A DNA stretch of 64,000 nucleotides. Source: Bradyrhizobium sp. (lineage in GTDB: Bacteria > Pseudomonadota > Alphaproteobacteria > Rhizobiales > Xanthobacteraceae). This document shows, in pieces, positions 10,544 to 21,480 of this stretch. The translations under genes and the position numbers were made by a program. How positions within the stretch are numbered: position 1 is the stretch's first letter; every line of letters starts with the position of its first letter. The stretch spans positions 600 through 64,599 of the forward strand of contig NZ_JAGWUA010000002.1 in assembly GCF_028868675.1 (NCBI RefSeq), given 5' to 3'. Below the pieces are notes generated by a model. The model had not been told where the DNA came from, searched no databases, and saw nothing but the letters and a program-made list of their open reading frames with translations.

Positions 10544-10960
10544 ATGCGCGCGGCTGGCTTGATGGCAGCACCGGTCCTGTGTGCGATGCTTTCTTCGGCG
10601 GAAGCCGAGAGCAGATGGCTGGAAAGCGGACGGCTGCACGTCTCGGAAGTCGGATCCCTCTGCGATCAGGTCCAGGACATTCGGCTGCTGGCGCGCATGC
10701 AGATGATCTCGTCCGGCAACGATCGCTGGCGCCGGCTGTCGCGACAGGAATTCGTCGTAGAGGGCGTTGCGATGGGCGTGCCTCCGCTCGATCCCGGCCG
10801 ATGTTACGTCATTGCGCGCGCCGGTCCCGTCGATCAGAACGAGCGGCGCGCCTTTGAGGTTCGAGATTTCGCCGTCAGCCCGGACAGGACGTCGGTCTTC
10901 GTCGTTGGCAGCGCCCATGACGCCTCCCCCATCCTGGAGCAGCCCTCTAGTCGGCGTTGA
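10544..10960 (+). CDS. Hypothetical, probably secreted, two-Cys protein
   Basis: GGAG RBS before ATG 10544; signal-like MRAAGLMAAPVLCAMLSSAEA; no family recognised. Confidence 0.55.
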   Translation: MRAAGLMAAPVLCAMLSSAEAESRWLESGRLHVSEVGSLCDQVQDIRLLARMQMISSGNDRWRRLSRQEFVVEGVAMGVPPLDPGRCYVIARAGPVDQNERRAFEVRDFAVSPDRTSVFVVGSAHDASPILEQPSSRR

Positions 10961-10981
10961 CCCCGGCCCGGCTGGCCCCAT

Positions 10982-11023
10982 CGTCCCCGCATTCGGATCG
11001 AATCCGCGCCTGGATCGGGGACG
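10982..11023. terminator. Stem-loop between convergent genes
   Basis: CGTCCCCG...CGGGGACG. Confidence 0.35.
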
Positions 11024-11034
11024 CGAAACGCGAT

Positions 11035-11901
11035 TCAGTTGGACAAGGACCGAAGCCACGCAAGTCGCGCGATCGCGCGCTCGGCAAGCGCCTGCAAGGC
11101 TTCCAGACGTGCGGGATCGTGGGATGCCTCCGCGCCCTCGAGATACGCGTCCGCCAGCGCCTCCGCGATGGTCTGGGCATCGCGCCGTTCGAGGTCAGCC
11201 GGAAGCCGGCCCACTCCTCTCGCTTCGAGCGACATCGACCGTGCCTGCTCTGCGAGTTCCTGGATCCTGGCGGCCCGCACAGGGTCGAGCCCAAGTTCCA
11301 ATTGTTGAAGCTGGCCAGCCAATCGGTGCTCCAATTTGGCCGCGTCGATTGGCTCCGCTTTCCCGGTGGCCGGGCGTGAGGCATCGTGTTCCCGATGATA
11401 GGCGCGCCGGCGGGCCTTGCGCAAAGTCGCGACATGGCCGAGTTCCTCGCTGGCCATCGTCTCCGCGGCGGTCTTGATTTCGGTATCCTCGGCGAATGCC
11501 GCGAGGTACGACCAGAATGCAAAGGCGCGCTCCTCGTTGCGGACGGCCATCGCAAGCGCGCGATATGGCGTCATCAACTTCGAGCCCATGATTTCGGTCG
11601 TCGCATCGCTGTCGAAAGTCTTGGGCGCCTCCCAGCGGACCAACGTGGAATCCGGCGTCTTGCCGCGGCGCGACTGCGACCACTTCGTCACGCTATCGAC
11701 ATGTTCGCGCTCGGCGGCCGCAAGGTCGCTGAAGACCTCGACCAGATCGGCGCGATCCTGGTGTCGCATTGCTTCCGCCAGTTCCGCGTACTTGCCGGCT
11801 GCCTCCTGTTCCATGGCATTTGCGAGCGCGAACAGCTCATCCAGGGACCGCAGGGTTCCGGCGGGTTCTGTTCCCAGAAGAGCGGTTCGCAGCAGCGGCA
11901 T
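11035..11901 (-). CDS. Ferritin-like/rubrerythrin-family diiron protein with a C-terminal helical extension
   Basis: AMEQEA...AEREH and RNEERA...EELGH paired E/ExxH motifs. Confidence 0.82.
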   Translation of the reverse strand: MPLLRTALLGTEPAGTLRSLDELFALANAMEQEAAGKYAELAEAMRHQDRADLVEVFSDLAAAEREHVDSVTKWSQSRRGKTPDSTLVRWEAPKTFDSDATTEIMGSKLMTPYRALAMAVRNEERAFAFWSYLAAFAEDTEIKTAAETMASEELGHVATLRKARRRAYHREHDASRPATGKAEPIDAAKLEHRLAGQLQQLELGLDPVRAARIQELAEQARSMSLEARGVGRLPADLERRDAQTIAEALADAYLEGAEASHDPARLEALQALAERAIARLAWLRSLSN

Positions 11902-11970
11902 AGCCGATCCGTCCTTCGCTGTTTGCTGCAACGCGGAGGTATATCGTGGAGCGATACTAACAAGGTCGCC

Positions 11971-11984
11971 TTGACGGAAGTCAA
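11971..11984. promoter_or_regulatory. FNR/FixK2-type box between the divergent rubrerythrin-like gene and nosR
   Basis: TTGAC-GGAA-GTCAA with perfect inverted arms; matches TTGA-N6-TCAA. Confidence 0.8.
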
Positions 11985-12101
11985 TCCGCTTGCTCAATGG
12001 GCCAGCCAACCGGCGTCAGCGGCGATTCCGGACATTAGACATTCAAGATTGGGTGGAATACCTGTCCGTCTTGGGGCGGGCCGTTCCACTTGTGGTGCTC
12101 C

Positions 12102-14423
12102 ATGGCCCGGAGTTTCTTCGTGACGTCCAAACGACGCCAAGGCAGCTTCCTGCTCGCCCTGGTCCTTGTGATCTGCTCAGCGCTGTGGTCCCAGGCCGCA
12201 TGCGCGGCCGGCGACCTCGCCAACTACCTCGCCAAGGCCTCGCCTGCCGACTTTTTCCCCGGCGCCGATCGCTTCGGACCCCTGCAGGGCGATCCGCCCG
12301 TCGTTCCCGTCTATCGCGGCGATCAGCTCCAGGGCTTCGTCTACCTCAATTCCGATTTCGCCAACGCGGTCGGCTACTCCGGCAAGCCGATCCACATCCT
12401 CGTCGGCATCGACCCCAAGGGGATCGTTACCGCCGTGAAGCTGATCGACCACAAGGAGCCGATCGTCCTCGTCGGCATTCCCGAGGCGCGGATCGTCGCG
12501 GCCGTCAATGGCCTGATCGGCAAGGACATGAAGCCGGTGGCGCGCGGCACCGAGCCGCCGCCGCAGGTGGACATCGTCAGCGGCGCGACTGTCACCGTGC
12601 TGGTCATGAGCGACAGCATCGTGCGCTCCGCCTCGAAGCTGATCCGCAGCGGCCGCATCGGCGGCGGAGACGCTGTCGCCGCTGCCTCCGCGCTGCCGCC
12701 GGTGACGAAGACGGTCGATCTCGAGCACAGTGAAGTTCGCGACTGGACGAGCCTCGTCGGCGACGGCTCGGTGCGCCGCCTGCACTTGAGCATCGGCGAC
12801 GTCGACGACGCCTTCGCAAAGTCCGGCAGCGCTGCTGCCGCCCGGAATTCCGAGCCGGGCGAGGCTTCCGACACCTTCATCGACCTCTACGTCGCTCTCG
12901 CCAGCGTGCCGACCATCGGCCGCAGCCTGCTCGGCGACGAAGCCTATGAAAGGCTGAAGGGACGGTTGCAGCCGGGGCAGCAGGCAATTGTGGTGGCGGG
13001 CAACGGCGCCTACTCCTTCAAAGGCTCGGCCTACGTGCGCGGCGGCATCTTCGACCGCATCGAAGTGCTGCAGGAAGGATCCAGCACCCGTTTCCGGGAC
13101 CGCAACCACACCCGTCTCGGCGGGCTCGCCGCGGCCGGCGCGCCGGAGTTCAAGGAGATCGGCCTGTTCGTCACGCCGCCCGAATTCACGCTCGACCCTA
13201 CCGAACCGTGGCAACTGAAGCTGCTGGTCCAGCGAGCCACCGTCGGACGCGACAAGGCGTTCCTCACATTCGACATCAACTACGACCTGCCCGAACGCTA
13301 CGTCCGCCGTGAGCAGCGTGCCGTCACCGTGCCGGCCGGCGCTCCCTCGCCCGCGACGCAGACTGCGGCTACGGCCCAACCGGCGGAACACGCGGCCGAC
13401 GACGAAGAGCCGCTGTGGGTCCGGATGTGGCGTTCGCAAGCCGTCTCGATCGCGATCACGGCGGTCGCGCTGGCGATGCTCACCGTCATCTTCTTCTTTC
13501 AGAACTTCCTGGTCCGGCGACCGGTCTTCTACACCTGGGTTCGCCGCCTCTACCTCGTCTTCGTGCTGGTCTGGCTCGGCTGGTACGCCAATGCGCAGCT
13601 CTCCGTGGTCAACGTGGTGACTTTCGCCAACGCGCTGGTGACCGGTTTCCACTGGGAGTTCTTCCTGGCCGCGCCCCTGATCTTCATTCTGTGGGCGGCG
13701 ACCGCCGGCGGACTCCTGTTCTGGGGCCGCGGACCGTTCTGCGGCTGGCTGTGTCCCTTCGGCGCGTTGCAGGAACTCAGCAACACGGTCGCCAAGTGGC
13801 TCAAGGTGCCTCAGATCACGGTGCCCTGGGGGCTGCACGAGCGGCTGTGGCCCATCAAGTACATCATCTTCCTGGGTCTGTTCGGGTTGTCGCTCTATTC
13901 CGTCGACCTCGCGGAGCGTTTTGCCGAGGTCGAGCCGTTCAAGACCGCGATCATCCTGAAATTCGCGCGAAGCTGGCCGTTTGCGCTCTATGCCGTGGCG
14001 CTGCTCGTCATCGGTCTGTTCATCGAGCGGTTCTTCTGCCGCTACCTTTGTCCGCTCGGTGCGGCGCTCGCCATCCCCGGGCGAATGCGGACCTTCGAGT
14101 GGCTGCGCCGCTGGCAGGAATGTGGGTCGCCCTGTCAGCGCTGCGCCAAGGAATGCCCGGTGCAGTCGATCCATCCCGAGGGTCACATCAACGTGAACGA
14201 GTGCATCTACTGCATGCACTGCCAGGAGCTTTATTACGACGACCATCGCTGCCCGCATATGATCCAGGTGAGGCTCAAGCGCGAGAAGTTCGCGGCGATG
14301 TCGTCACCATCGATGCGCGGCGGCGGAGCAGGCCCGAAGACCATCATCACGCACGCGGGCCAGCCCTTGCCCCTGACTGCCGCGGCGTCCCCGGAACACT
14401 CACCAAGCCGCTCGGAAACCTGA
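12102..14423 (+). CDS. nosR: NosR flavo-iron-sulfur membrane protein
   Basis: FMN-attachment motif DIVSGATVT; [20 protein letters not shown]; C-terminal CxxxCxxCxxxC and CxxCxxC ferredoxin motifs. Confidence 0.97.
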   Translation: MARSFFVTSKRRQGSFLLALVLVICSALWSQAACAAGDLANYLAKASPADFFPGADRFGPLQGDPPVVPVYRGDQLQGFVYLNSDFANAVGYSGKPIHILVGIDPKGIVTAVKLIDHKEPIVLVGIPEARIVAAVNGLIGKDMKPVARGTEPPPQVDIVSGATVTVLVMSDSIVRSASKLIRSGRIGGGDAVAAASALPPVTKTVDLEHSEVRDWTSLVGDGSVRRLHLSIGDVDDAFAKSGSAAAARNSEPGEASDTFIDLYVALASVPTIGRSLLGDEAYERLKGRLQPGQQAIVVAGNGAYSFKGSAYVRGGIFDRIEVLQEGSSTRFRDRNHTRLGGLAAAGAPEFKEIGLFVTPPEFTLDPTEPWQLKLLVQRATVGRDKAFLTFDINYDLPERYVRREQRAVTVPAGAPSPATQTAATAQPAEHAADDEEPLWVRMWRSQAVSIAITAVALAMLTVIFFFQNFLVRRPVFYTWVRRLYLVFVLVWLGWYANAQLSVVNVVTFANALVTGFHWEFFLAAPLIFILWAATAGGLLFWGRGPFCGWLCPFGALQELSNTVAKWLKVPQITVPWGLHERLWPIKYIIFLGLFGLSLYSVDLAERFAEVEPFKTAIILKFARSWPFALYAVALLVIGLFIERFFCRYLCPLGAALAIPGRMRTFEWLRRWQECGSPCQRCAKECPVQSIHPEGHINVNECIYCMHCQELYYDDHRCPHMIQVRLKREKFAAMSSPSMRGGGAGPKTIITHAGQPLPLTAAASPEHSPSRSET

Positions 14424-14434
14424 AGGAGATGAAC

Positions 14435-16369
14435 ATGGATCGCGAGGAAGACAAGAACACGATCAGCCGCCGCCAGGTGGTTGGGACCGCCGCGGTCGGC
14501 GCGGCGGGCCTGGCGGGTGGGCTCGGTCTCGGCAAGGCCGTTGCGCCCGAGCAGGCGGCCGCGCAGGGAAGTCCCGCGGCCCGCGCCGGGACCCAGAAGA
14601 TCGAGGTCGCGCCGGGCGAGCTGGACGAATACTACGTGTTCTTCTCGAGCGGCCAGACCGGCGAAATCCGCATCATCGGCATGCCGTCGATGCGCGAGCT
14701 GATGCGTATTCCCGTCTTCAACCGCGACAGCGCCACCGGCTGGGGACTGACCAACGAGTCGCTCAAGATCCTGACCGAAGGCCTCACCCAGGAGACGCGC
14801 GACCGGCTCAAGGGTCGGATGAACGGGGTCTGGCAGAACGGCGACTGCCATCATCCGCACATGTCGTTCACCGACGGCACCTATGACGGGCGCTACATCT
14901 TCATCAACGACAAGGCCAACACGCGTCTCGCCCGCATCCGCACCGACGTCATGAAGTGCGACAAGATCATCGAGTTGCCGAACCAGTACACCATTCACGG
15001 CATGCGCCCGCAGAAATATCCACGCACGGGCTACGTCTTCTGCAACGGCGAATACGAGGTGCCGCTTCCGAACGACGGCAAGGTGCTGGACGACAAGACC
15101 AAGTATTGGTCGATGTTCTCGGCCGTCGACGGCGACACCATGAAGATTGCCTGGCAGGTGATCGTCGACGGCAATCTCGACAACACCGACGCCGACTACC
15201 AGGGCAAGTATGCATTCTCGACCTGTTATAATTCCGAGAAGGGCGTCACTCTCGCGGAGATGACCGCGAGCGAAACCGACTGGATCGTGATCTTCAACCT
15301 CAAGCGCATCGAGGACGCCGTCAAGAAGGGCGATTTCAAGGAGATGAACGGCGTGCCGGTGATCGACGGGCGCAAGGGGTCTGCCTACACTCGCTACGTT
15401 CCGATCCCCAACAGTCCGCACGGGATCAACACCGCGCCGGATGGCATCCATGTCGTGGCCAACGGCAAGCTGTCGCCGACGGTCTCCGTCTTCGACGTCC
15501 GCAAGTTCGACGATCTGTTCGATGACAAGATCAAGCCGCGCGATACGGTCGTCGCAGAGCCGGAGCTGGGATTGGGTCCGCTGCACACCGCCTTCGACGG
15601 TAAAGGCAACGCCTACACCACGCTGTTTCTCGACAGTCAGGTCTGCAAGTGGAACATCGAACAAGCCAAGCGCGCATTCAAGGGTGAGAAGGTCAACCCG
15701 ATCATCCAGAAGCTCGACGTCCACTACCAGCCGGGCCACAACCACTCCTCGATGGGCGAGACCAGGGAGGCCGACGGGAAATGGCTGATCTCGCTCAACA
15801 AGTTCTCCAAGGACCGCTTCATCAACGTCGGTCCGCTCAAGCCGGAGAACGACCAGCTGATCGACATCTCGGGCGATCAGATGAAGCTGGTACACGATGG
15901 CCCGAGCTTCGCCGAGCCGCATGACGCGGTCATCGTGCACCGCTCCAAGCTGGAGGGAAAGGTCATCAGCATCTGGAAGCGCGACGACCCATACTTCGCG
16001 GATGCGGTCAAGCAGGCCAAGGCCGACGGGGTCACGCTCGAGAGCGACGCCAAGGTGATCCGGGACGGCAACAAGGTGCGCGTCTACATGTACTCGGCCG
16101 CGCCCGCCTACGCGCTCGACAAGTTCGATGTCAAGCAGGGCGACGAGGTGACGGTCTACGTCACCAACATCGACGACGTCGAGGACCTGACCCACGGCTT
16201 CTGCATCGTCAACTACGGCATCAACATGGAGATCGGTCCGCAGCAGACCTCGTCGGTCACCTTCGTCGCCGACAAGCCCGGCGTCTACTGGTACTTCTGC
16301 ACATGGTTCTGCCACGCCATGCACATGGAAATGCGCGGGCGCATGCTGGTGTCGCCGCGGAACGCGTGA
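14435..16369 (+). CDS. nosZ: Nitrous oxide reductase, clade I (Tat)
   Basis: AAGGAG RBS; Tat SRRQVVG; CuZ His motifs GDCHHPH, IHG, PHG, PLH, GHNH, EPHD; CuA THGF and [12 protein letters not shown]. Confidence 0.98.
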   Translation: MDREEDKNTISRRQVVGTAAVGAAGLAGGLGLGKAVAPEQAAAQGSPAARAGTQKIEVAPGELDEYYVFFSSGQTGEIRIIGMPSMRELMRIPVFNRDSATGWGLTNESLKILTEGLTQETRDRLKGRMNGVWQNGDCHHPHMSFTDGTYDGRYIFINDKANTRLARIRTDVMKCDKIIELPNQYTIHGMRPQKYPRTGYVFCNGEYEVPLPNDGKVLDDKTKYWSMFSAVDGDTMKIAWQVIVDGNLDNTDADYQGKYAFSTCYNSEKGVTLAEMTASETDWIVIFNLKRIEDAVKKGDFKEMNGVPVIDGRKGSAYTRYVPIPNSPHGINTAPDGIHVVANGKLSPTVSVFDVRKFDDLFDDKIKPRDTVVAEPELGLGPLHTAFDGKGNAYTTLFLDSQVCKWNIEQAKRAFKGEKVNPIIQKLDVHYQPGHNHSSMGETREADGKWLISLNKFSKDRFINVGPLKPENDQLIDISGDQMKLVHDGPSFAEPHDAVIVHRSKLEGKVISIWKRDDPYFADAVKQAKADGVTLESDAKVIRDGNKVRVYMYSAAPAYALDKFDVKQGDEVTVYVTNIDDVEDLTHGFCIVNYGINMEIGPQQTSSVTFVADKPGVYWYFCTWFCHAMHMEMRGRMLVSPRNA

Positions 16370-16371
16370 CG

Positions 16372-17757
16372 ATGCGGTGCGCGCGTCACCTGGCGCTCTG
16401 GACGCTGGCGGCTCTCGCAGCCGCGGGTCTCGGTGCGCGCGCAGCCTCGGCGGAAAAGCATTTCGTCACGCCGGAGGCCGGCGACGTCCAACGAATTCTG
16501 GACGCCGCCGCCGACGGCGACGAAATTTGGCTGGCCGCGGGGACCTACCGAGGCCCGCTCCACATTGCGCATCGGCTTGTCCTCTCCGGAGCCGCCGGCG
16601 CGGTCGTCGCCGGTTCGGGGAAAGGCAGCGTCATCACGATTTCGGCGCCGGGTGCGGTCGTGCGCGGGCTGGAGGTGCGCGGCTCGGGGCGGTCGCTTGA
16701 AACCATGGACTCGGGAATTTTCGTCGAGCAGTCGGCGCGTGGCGCCGTCGTGGAGGACAACCGTCTCGAGGACAACCTCTTCGGGATGTACTTTCACGGA
16801 GCGCCTGACGCGGTGGCGCGCCACAACGTCGTCGTCGGACTGCGCCAGGCGCGCAACAGCGAGACCGGCAACGGAATCACGGTCTGGAACGCCCCGGGTG
16901 CCAAGGTGCTGGATAACGATTTCAGGTACGGGCGGGACGGCATCTTCGCGATCACCAGCCGCAACAACGTGGTGAAAGGCAATCGCTTCAGCGACCTGCG
17001 ATTCGCGGTCCACTACATGTACACCAACGACAGCGAGATCGTCGGGAACGTCTCGAAGAGCAATCTCATCGGCTACGCGCTGATGTTCTCCAGGAAGCTC
17101 GTGGTACGGGACAATGTCTCCGACCACGACCGCGATCGTGGCATTCTCTTCAACGCGTCCAATTACGATGAAATTTCCGGCAACACCGTGATTGGCGGAT
17201 TGCAGTCCGCCGAGCGTTGGGCGACGTCGGACAACCGCGCCGCGGACGAAGGCGTGCCCCAGGCGGAAACGACTTCGTCGGCGCCCATTCGAGACCAGCG
17301 GATCGGTCCCGAGAAGTGTGCCTTCATTTACAACACCAACAAGAATCGGATCGAACGCAACTGGTTCGAGGGCTGCGAGATCGGCGTACACTTCACCGCC
17401 GGCTCCGAGGGGAACGACATCACCGGCAACGCTTTCGTCAACAACGCCGCCCAGGTGAAATACGTCGGCACCCGCCATCTCGACTGGTCGAAGAACGGCC
17501 GCGGCAACTACTGGAGCGACAATCCGGCGTTCGACCTCAACGGCGATGGTGTCGCCGACACGGCCTACCGGCCGAACGGCCTCATCGACCGCGTGCTGTG
17601 GACGGCGCCTGCCGCGAAGCTCCTGATCAACAGCCCCGCCGTCCAGGTGATCCGCTGGGCCCAGGCCCAGTTTCCGGCGCTGCTTCCCGGCGGCGTGGTT
17701 GACAGCCATCCGCTGATGTCGCCGCCGAAGCGCCAGGCGGCCGAGGTAGTGCGATGA
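16372..17757 (+). CDS. nosD: NosD (clade I operon)
   Basis: CASH/beta-helix repeats, RDGIF, VHYMY, GNYWSDN, DGVADTAYRPN. Confidence 0.95.
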   Translation: MRCARHLALWTLAALAAAGLGARAASAEKHFVTPEAGDVQRILDAAADGDEIWLAAGTYRGPLHIAHRLVLSGAAGAVVAGSGKGSVITISAPGAVVRGLEVRGSGRSLETMDSGIFVEQSARGAVVEDNRLEDNLFGMYFHGAPDAVARHNVVVGLRQARNSETGNGITVWNAPGAKVLDNDFRYGRDGIFAITSRNNVVKGNRFSDLRFAVHYMYTNDSEIVGNVSKSNLIGYALMFSRKLVVRDNVSDHDRDRGILFNASNYDEISGNTVIGGLQSAERWATSDNRAADEGVPQAETTSSAPIRDQRIGPEKCAFIYNTNKNRIERNWFEGCEIGVHFTAGSEGNDITGNAFVNNAAQVKYVGTRHLDWSKNGRGNYWSDNPAFDLNGDGVADTAYRPNGLIDRVLWTAPAAKLLINSPAVQVIRWAQAQFPALLPGGVVDSHPLMSPPKRQAAEVVR

Positions 17758-18674
17758 CCGGCACGGTGCGTGTCACCGACGTCACCAAGGAGTACGGCCA
17801 GGTCAAGGCCGTCCGCGGCGCCTCGTTCGAGTTGGGGCAGGGCGAACTGGTGGCCTTGATCGGCCACAACGGCGCCGGCAAGACGACATTGATGAAGCTG
17901 ATGCTCGGGCTCATCCGTCCGACCGGCGGATCGATCGAGGTGCTCGGCGACAATCCGGCCGCCGGAGAGTTTTCGGGGAGACGGCGGCTCGGCTATCTGC
18001 CGGAGAACGTCTCGTTCGACGCAGCCCTGACCGGCCGCGAAACACAGGCGTTCTACGCCAGGCTGAAGCGGGAGCCGATCGCGAAAGCGCTGGAACTGCT
18101 CGACACGGTCGGGCTCGGCGTCGCCGCCGGGCGCCGCGTCGGCACCTATTCGAAGGGCATGCGACAGCGGCTTGGCCTCGCCCAGGCGCTGATCGGGCAT
18201 CCCAAGGTGCTGCTGCTGGACGAGCCGACCACGGGCCTCGACCCGGAGCTGCGGCAAACCTTCTACGAGATCATCGCGCGGCTCGCGGCCCAGGGCGCGA
18301 CGGTGCTGCTCTCCTCGCATTCCCTCACCGAGCTCGAGGAGCGCGCGGGGCGCGTGATCATCATGAACCGCGGCGTCAAGGTCGCCGACGGCTCGATCGA
18401 ACGGCTGCGCAACATCGCGCAGCTGCCGACCAGGATTCGGCTGAAGGTCGCCGGGCTCTCGCCCGCCGAATTGCCGCCGTGGCTGCCGAGCGGTGCGACC
18501 TGCAGACGGCTCAATGGCCACATCGTCGAGATCGATGCTGCGCCGGACCGGAAGATCGAGCTTCTGCACTGCGCAACGGCCGCGGGCAATTCCGTGGAAG
18601 ACGTCGATGTGGTCCAGCCGACTCTCGATGAGCTCTACGTCCACTTCCTCGGGCAGGCCGAGGTGACGTCATGA
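17754..18674 (+). CDS. nosF: NosF ABC ATPase
   Basis: GHNGAGKTT, YSKGMRQR, DEPTTGLD. Confidence 0.95.
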   Translation: MTGTVRVTDVTKEYGQVKAVRGASFELGQGELVALIGHNGAGKTTLMKLMLGLIRPTGGSIEVLGDNPAAGEFSGRRRLGYLPENVSFDAALTGRETQAFYARLKREPIAKALELLDTVGLGVAAGRRVGTYSKGMRQRLGLAQALIGHPKVLLLDEPTTGLDPELRQTFYEIIARLAAQGATVLLSSHSLTELEERAGRVIIMNRGVKVADGSIERLRNIAQLPTRIRLKVAGLSPAELPPWLPSGATCRRLNGHIVEIDAAPDRKIELLHCATAAGNSVEDVDVVQPTLDELYVHFLGQAEVTS

Positions 18675-19498
18675 ACGTGCCGATCATTGCGGCCAAGGAA
18701 ATCCATCAGGCGATCCGCAATCGCTGGGTGCTGGCCGCGACTCTCCTGCTCGCCGGGCTTGCCCTGTCGTTGACCTTTCTCGGCAGCGCGCCGACCGGCA
18801 GCGTCGGCGTCCGTGCCCTCGACGTCGTCATCGTCAGCCTTTCGAGCCTGACGATCTTTCTCGTTCCGCTGATTGCGCTTCTGATCTCGCATGACGCCAT
18901 CGTCGGCGACATGGAGCGCGGCACGATGCTGTTGCTGCTCAGCTATCCCGTCGCGCGATGGCAGGTGCTGATTGGCAAGTTCCTGGGGCACCTCGCGGTA
19001 TTGGGGTTCGCGACATGCTTCGGCTACGGGGTCGCCGTCGGCGCGTTGGCGGCGACCGGAAGCCGCATCGACCTCGACAGCCTTCTGGCCTTTGCAGCGA
19101 TGATCGGTTCATCCGTTCTGCTCGGCGCCGTGTTCGTCGCAATCGGCTATCTGGTGAGTGCCCTGGTGCGCGACCGCGGGACGGCGGCCGGTGTCTCCAT
19201 CGGACTTTGGCTGCTTCTCGTCCTGATCTACGACATGGCCTTGCTCGGCCTGCTCGCGCTCGACCAGGGCCGTCACATCTCCGCAGTGGCGTTGAATGCG
19301 ATGCTTCTTCTCAACCCGACGGACGTCTACCGGCTATTCAACCTGACCGGATTTGCCAATGTCAGCACCTTCGCGGGCATGGCCGGACTTGCCCAAAGCT
19401 CGTCCTTGTCCGTCCAGGCGCTGTTGTCAGCGTTGACGTTGTGGACGTTGGTCCCGCTGGGCCTCGCCGCAATTGCCTTCGCCCGGAGAGAGCTATGA
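18671..19498 (+). CDS. nosY: NosY ABC permease
   Basis: AKEI..IRNRW, ERGTMLLLLSYP, LLLNPTDVYRLFNL. Confidence 0.95.
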   Translation: MNVPIIAAKEIHQAIRNRWVLAATLLLAGLALSLTFLGSAPTGSVGVRALDVVIVSLSSLTIFLVPLIALLISHDAIVGDMERGTMLLLLSYPVARWQVLIGKFLGHLAVLGFATCFGYGVAVGALAATGSRIDLDSLLAFAAMIGSSVLLGAVFVAIGYLVSALVRDRGTAAGVSIGLWLLLVLIYDMALLGLLALDQGRHISAVALNAMLLLNPTDVYRLFNLTGFANVSTFAGMAGLAQSSSLSVQALLSALTLWTLVPLGLAAIAFARREL

Positions 19499-20028
19499 GG
19501 CGCCTCGCCATCGCCTTCGCGCTGCTGGCTTCGGTTACGCTGGCCGCCTGCCAGAAGGAGGCGGCGCAGCTTCCCGTCCCGCAGAAAATGACCGCCGAGG
19601 CCATCGGCCACTACTGCGGCATGAACGTGCTCGAGCATCCCGGGCCGAAGGGGCAGATCTTTGCCGCGAGCCTGATCGAGCCGGTGTGGTTCTCGTCCGT
19701 GCGGGACACCATCGCCTTCACCCTGCTGCCGGACGAGCCGAAAGACATCCAGGCGATCTATGTCTCCGACATGGCCAAGGCGCCGAGCTGGGACAAGCCG
19801 GGCGTCGACAACTGGATCGAGGCGCGCAGCGCGCTGTTCGTGATCGGCAGCCACGTCAAGGGTGGGATGGGCGGCGACGAACCCGTTCCGTTCTCGGACC
19901 GCGCGGCGGCGGAAAGATTTGCCGCCGAGAATGGCGGGCGCGTGGTGCCGTTCTCCGAAATCCCGCGCGACTACGTGCTGGCGTCGGGCGAGCCGCCGGA
20001 CCCGTCCGCGTCTGGGCAGTCGAACTAG
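19495..20028 (+). CDS. nosL: NosL copper chaperone lipoprotein
   Basis: Lipobox LAAC; GHYCGMNVLEHPGPKGQ; GGMGG. Confidence 0.95.
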   Translation: MRRLAIAFALLASVTLAACQKEAAQLPVPQKMTAEAIGHYCGMNVLEHPGPKGQIFAASLIEPVWFSSVRDTIAFTLLPDEPKDIQAIYVSDMAKAPSWDKPGVDNWIEARSALFVIGSHVKGGMGGDEPVPFSDRAAAERFAAENGGRVVPFSEIPRDYVLASGEPPDPSASGQSN

Positions 20029-20037
20029 GAGAAGGCC

Positions 20038-21033
20038 ATGCAGACACCGCTCTCACGTCGACGGTTCATCCGGATCTGCGCGGCAGCCGCGGGGCTGCCG
20101 GCCTTGTCGCTGGCAAGCAAATCGGAAGCCGCCACCGACCCCGTCACCTGGCGCGGAACCATGCTCGGCGCCATCGCGACGATGGAGATCCATCACCCGG
20201 ATCGAAGCGAAGCCCGGCGGTTGATCGGGGCCTCGCTTGCCGAAGCGCGTCGTCTGGAGCGCCTCTTCAGCCTGTATCTGAAGGATTCCGTACTGGTCGA
20301 ACTGAACCGGACCGGCATTCTGGTCGACCCGCCGGCCGAGATGGTCGATCTGCTGACGATCTCGAAGCGCTATGCCCAGTTAACCGGGGGCATGTTCGAT
20401 CCGACCGTGCAGCCGCTCTGGTCGCTTTATGCGGCGCACTTTTCGAAGCCGAATGCCGACCCAAACGGACCGCCGCGCGCCGAACTGGATGTCGCCCTTG
20501 CTCATGTCGACTGCAAGAATCTCGAAATCAGCCGCGACCGCATCGCGATGCCGCGCGGCTTCGCCGTCACCCTGAATGGCATCGCCCAGGGCTACGTCAC
20601 GGACAGGGTGGTCGACCTGCTGCGCGCCGAGGGCGTCGCTCACAGCCTCGTCGACATGGGCGAACCGCGCGCGATTGGGGCCCGTGCCGATGGAGCGCCC
20701 TGGGAAGTCGGCGTTGCGGACCCCGAGGTCGTCGGGCGGGCCGCAGCCGTCTTCCCCATCGTCGACCGCGCGGTGTCGACATCCGGCGCCTACGGGTTCC
20801 AATTCGACCCGCAAGGCCGCTTCAATCATCTGTTCGATCCGGCAACCGGCGGCTGCGCCAATCGTTATCGCAGCGTCACCACGGTCGCGTTCGACGCCAC
20901 CGCGGCGGACGCGATGTCGACCGCGTTCAGCTTCATGCCGCCTGCCGAGATCCGGGCCTTGATGACCGACGCCAGTATCGAGCGGGTTCATCTGATCGAC
21001 GCCCAGGGCGCCGCCCTGGATCTTGTTGCGTAG
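20038..21033 (+). CDS. nosX: NosX (ApbE-family FMN transferase)
   Basis: Tat SRRRFI; FDPTVQPL, NGIAQGY, VSTSG. Confidence 0.93.
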   Translation: MQTPLSRRRFIRICAAAAGLPALSLASKSEAATDPVTWRGTMLGAIATMEIHHPDRSEARRLIGASLAEARRLERLFSLYLKDSVLVELNRTGILVDPPAEMVDLLTISKRYAQLTGGMFDPTVQPLWSLYAAHFSKPNADPNGPPRAELDVALAHVDCKNLEISRDRIAMPRGFAVTLNGIAQGYVTDRVVDLLRAEGVAHSLVDMGEPRAIGARADGAPWEVGVADPEVVGRAAAVFPIVDRAVSTSGAYGFQFDPQGRFNHLFDPATGGCANRYRSVTTVAFDATAADAMSTAFSFMPPAEIRALMTDASIERVHLIDAQGAALDLVA

Positions 21034-21067
21034 CGCTTCCCAGCATTCAACCGAGAAGGAGAACCAC

Positions 21068-21460
21068 ATGAAACGATTGGTCTTCGCCGCGATCTTCATG
21101 GCCGCGGGCTTCGGGCAAGCCTGCGCCCAGGATGCCGCCGCCGGCGAAAAGGCGTTCGCGGTCTGCAAGGCGTGCCATCAGGTGGGAGACAACGCGAAGA
21201 ACGCCGTGGGACCCGTCCTCAATGGACTCTTCGGACGCAAGGCGGGCTCGGTCGAAGGCTACAACTATTCCGATGCCAACAAGAAGTCGGGCCTCACCTG
21301 GGACGAAGCGACCTTCTCGGAATACATCAAGGATCCGAAGGCAAAGGTCCCCGGCACCAAGATGGCCTTCGCCGGCATCAAGGACGAGCAGAAGATCAAG
21401 GACCTGATCGCCTACCTGCACACGTTCGACAAGGCGCCAGTCAAGCTGAGCCAGCAATAG
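21068..21460 (+). CDS. Cytochrome c2/c550-type class I cytochrome c
   Basis: Signal peptide, CKACH, VGPVLNG, PGTKM; AAGGAG RBS. Confidence 0.95.
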   Translation: MKRLVFAAIFMAAGFGQACAQDAAAGEKAFAVCKACHQVGDNAKNAVGPVLNGLFGRKAGSVEGYNYSDANKKSGLTWDEATFSEYIKDPKAKVPGTKMAFAGIKDEQKIKDLIAYLHTFDKAPVKLSQQ

Positions 21461-21480
21461 GCCGCACCAGCGTTGCGAGC

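Noticed and set aside
13415-16369. 984-aa ORF suggesting a giant or fused NosZ
   Set aside because: The first ~340 codons are an alternative frame over nosR; the RBS and Tat signal place the NosZ start at 14435
21461-21469. 8-bp inverted match to 42788-42795 as ends of a nested sulfur transposon
   Set aside because: Too short and GC-rich to exceed chance; no transposase or target duplication
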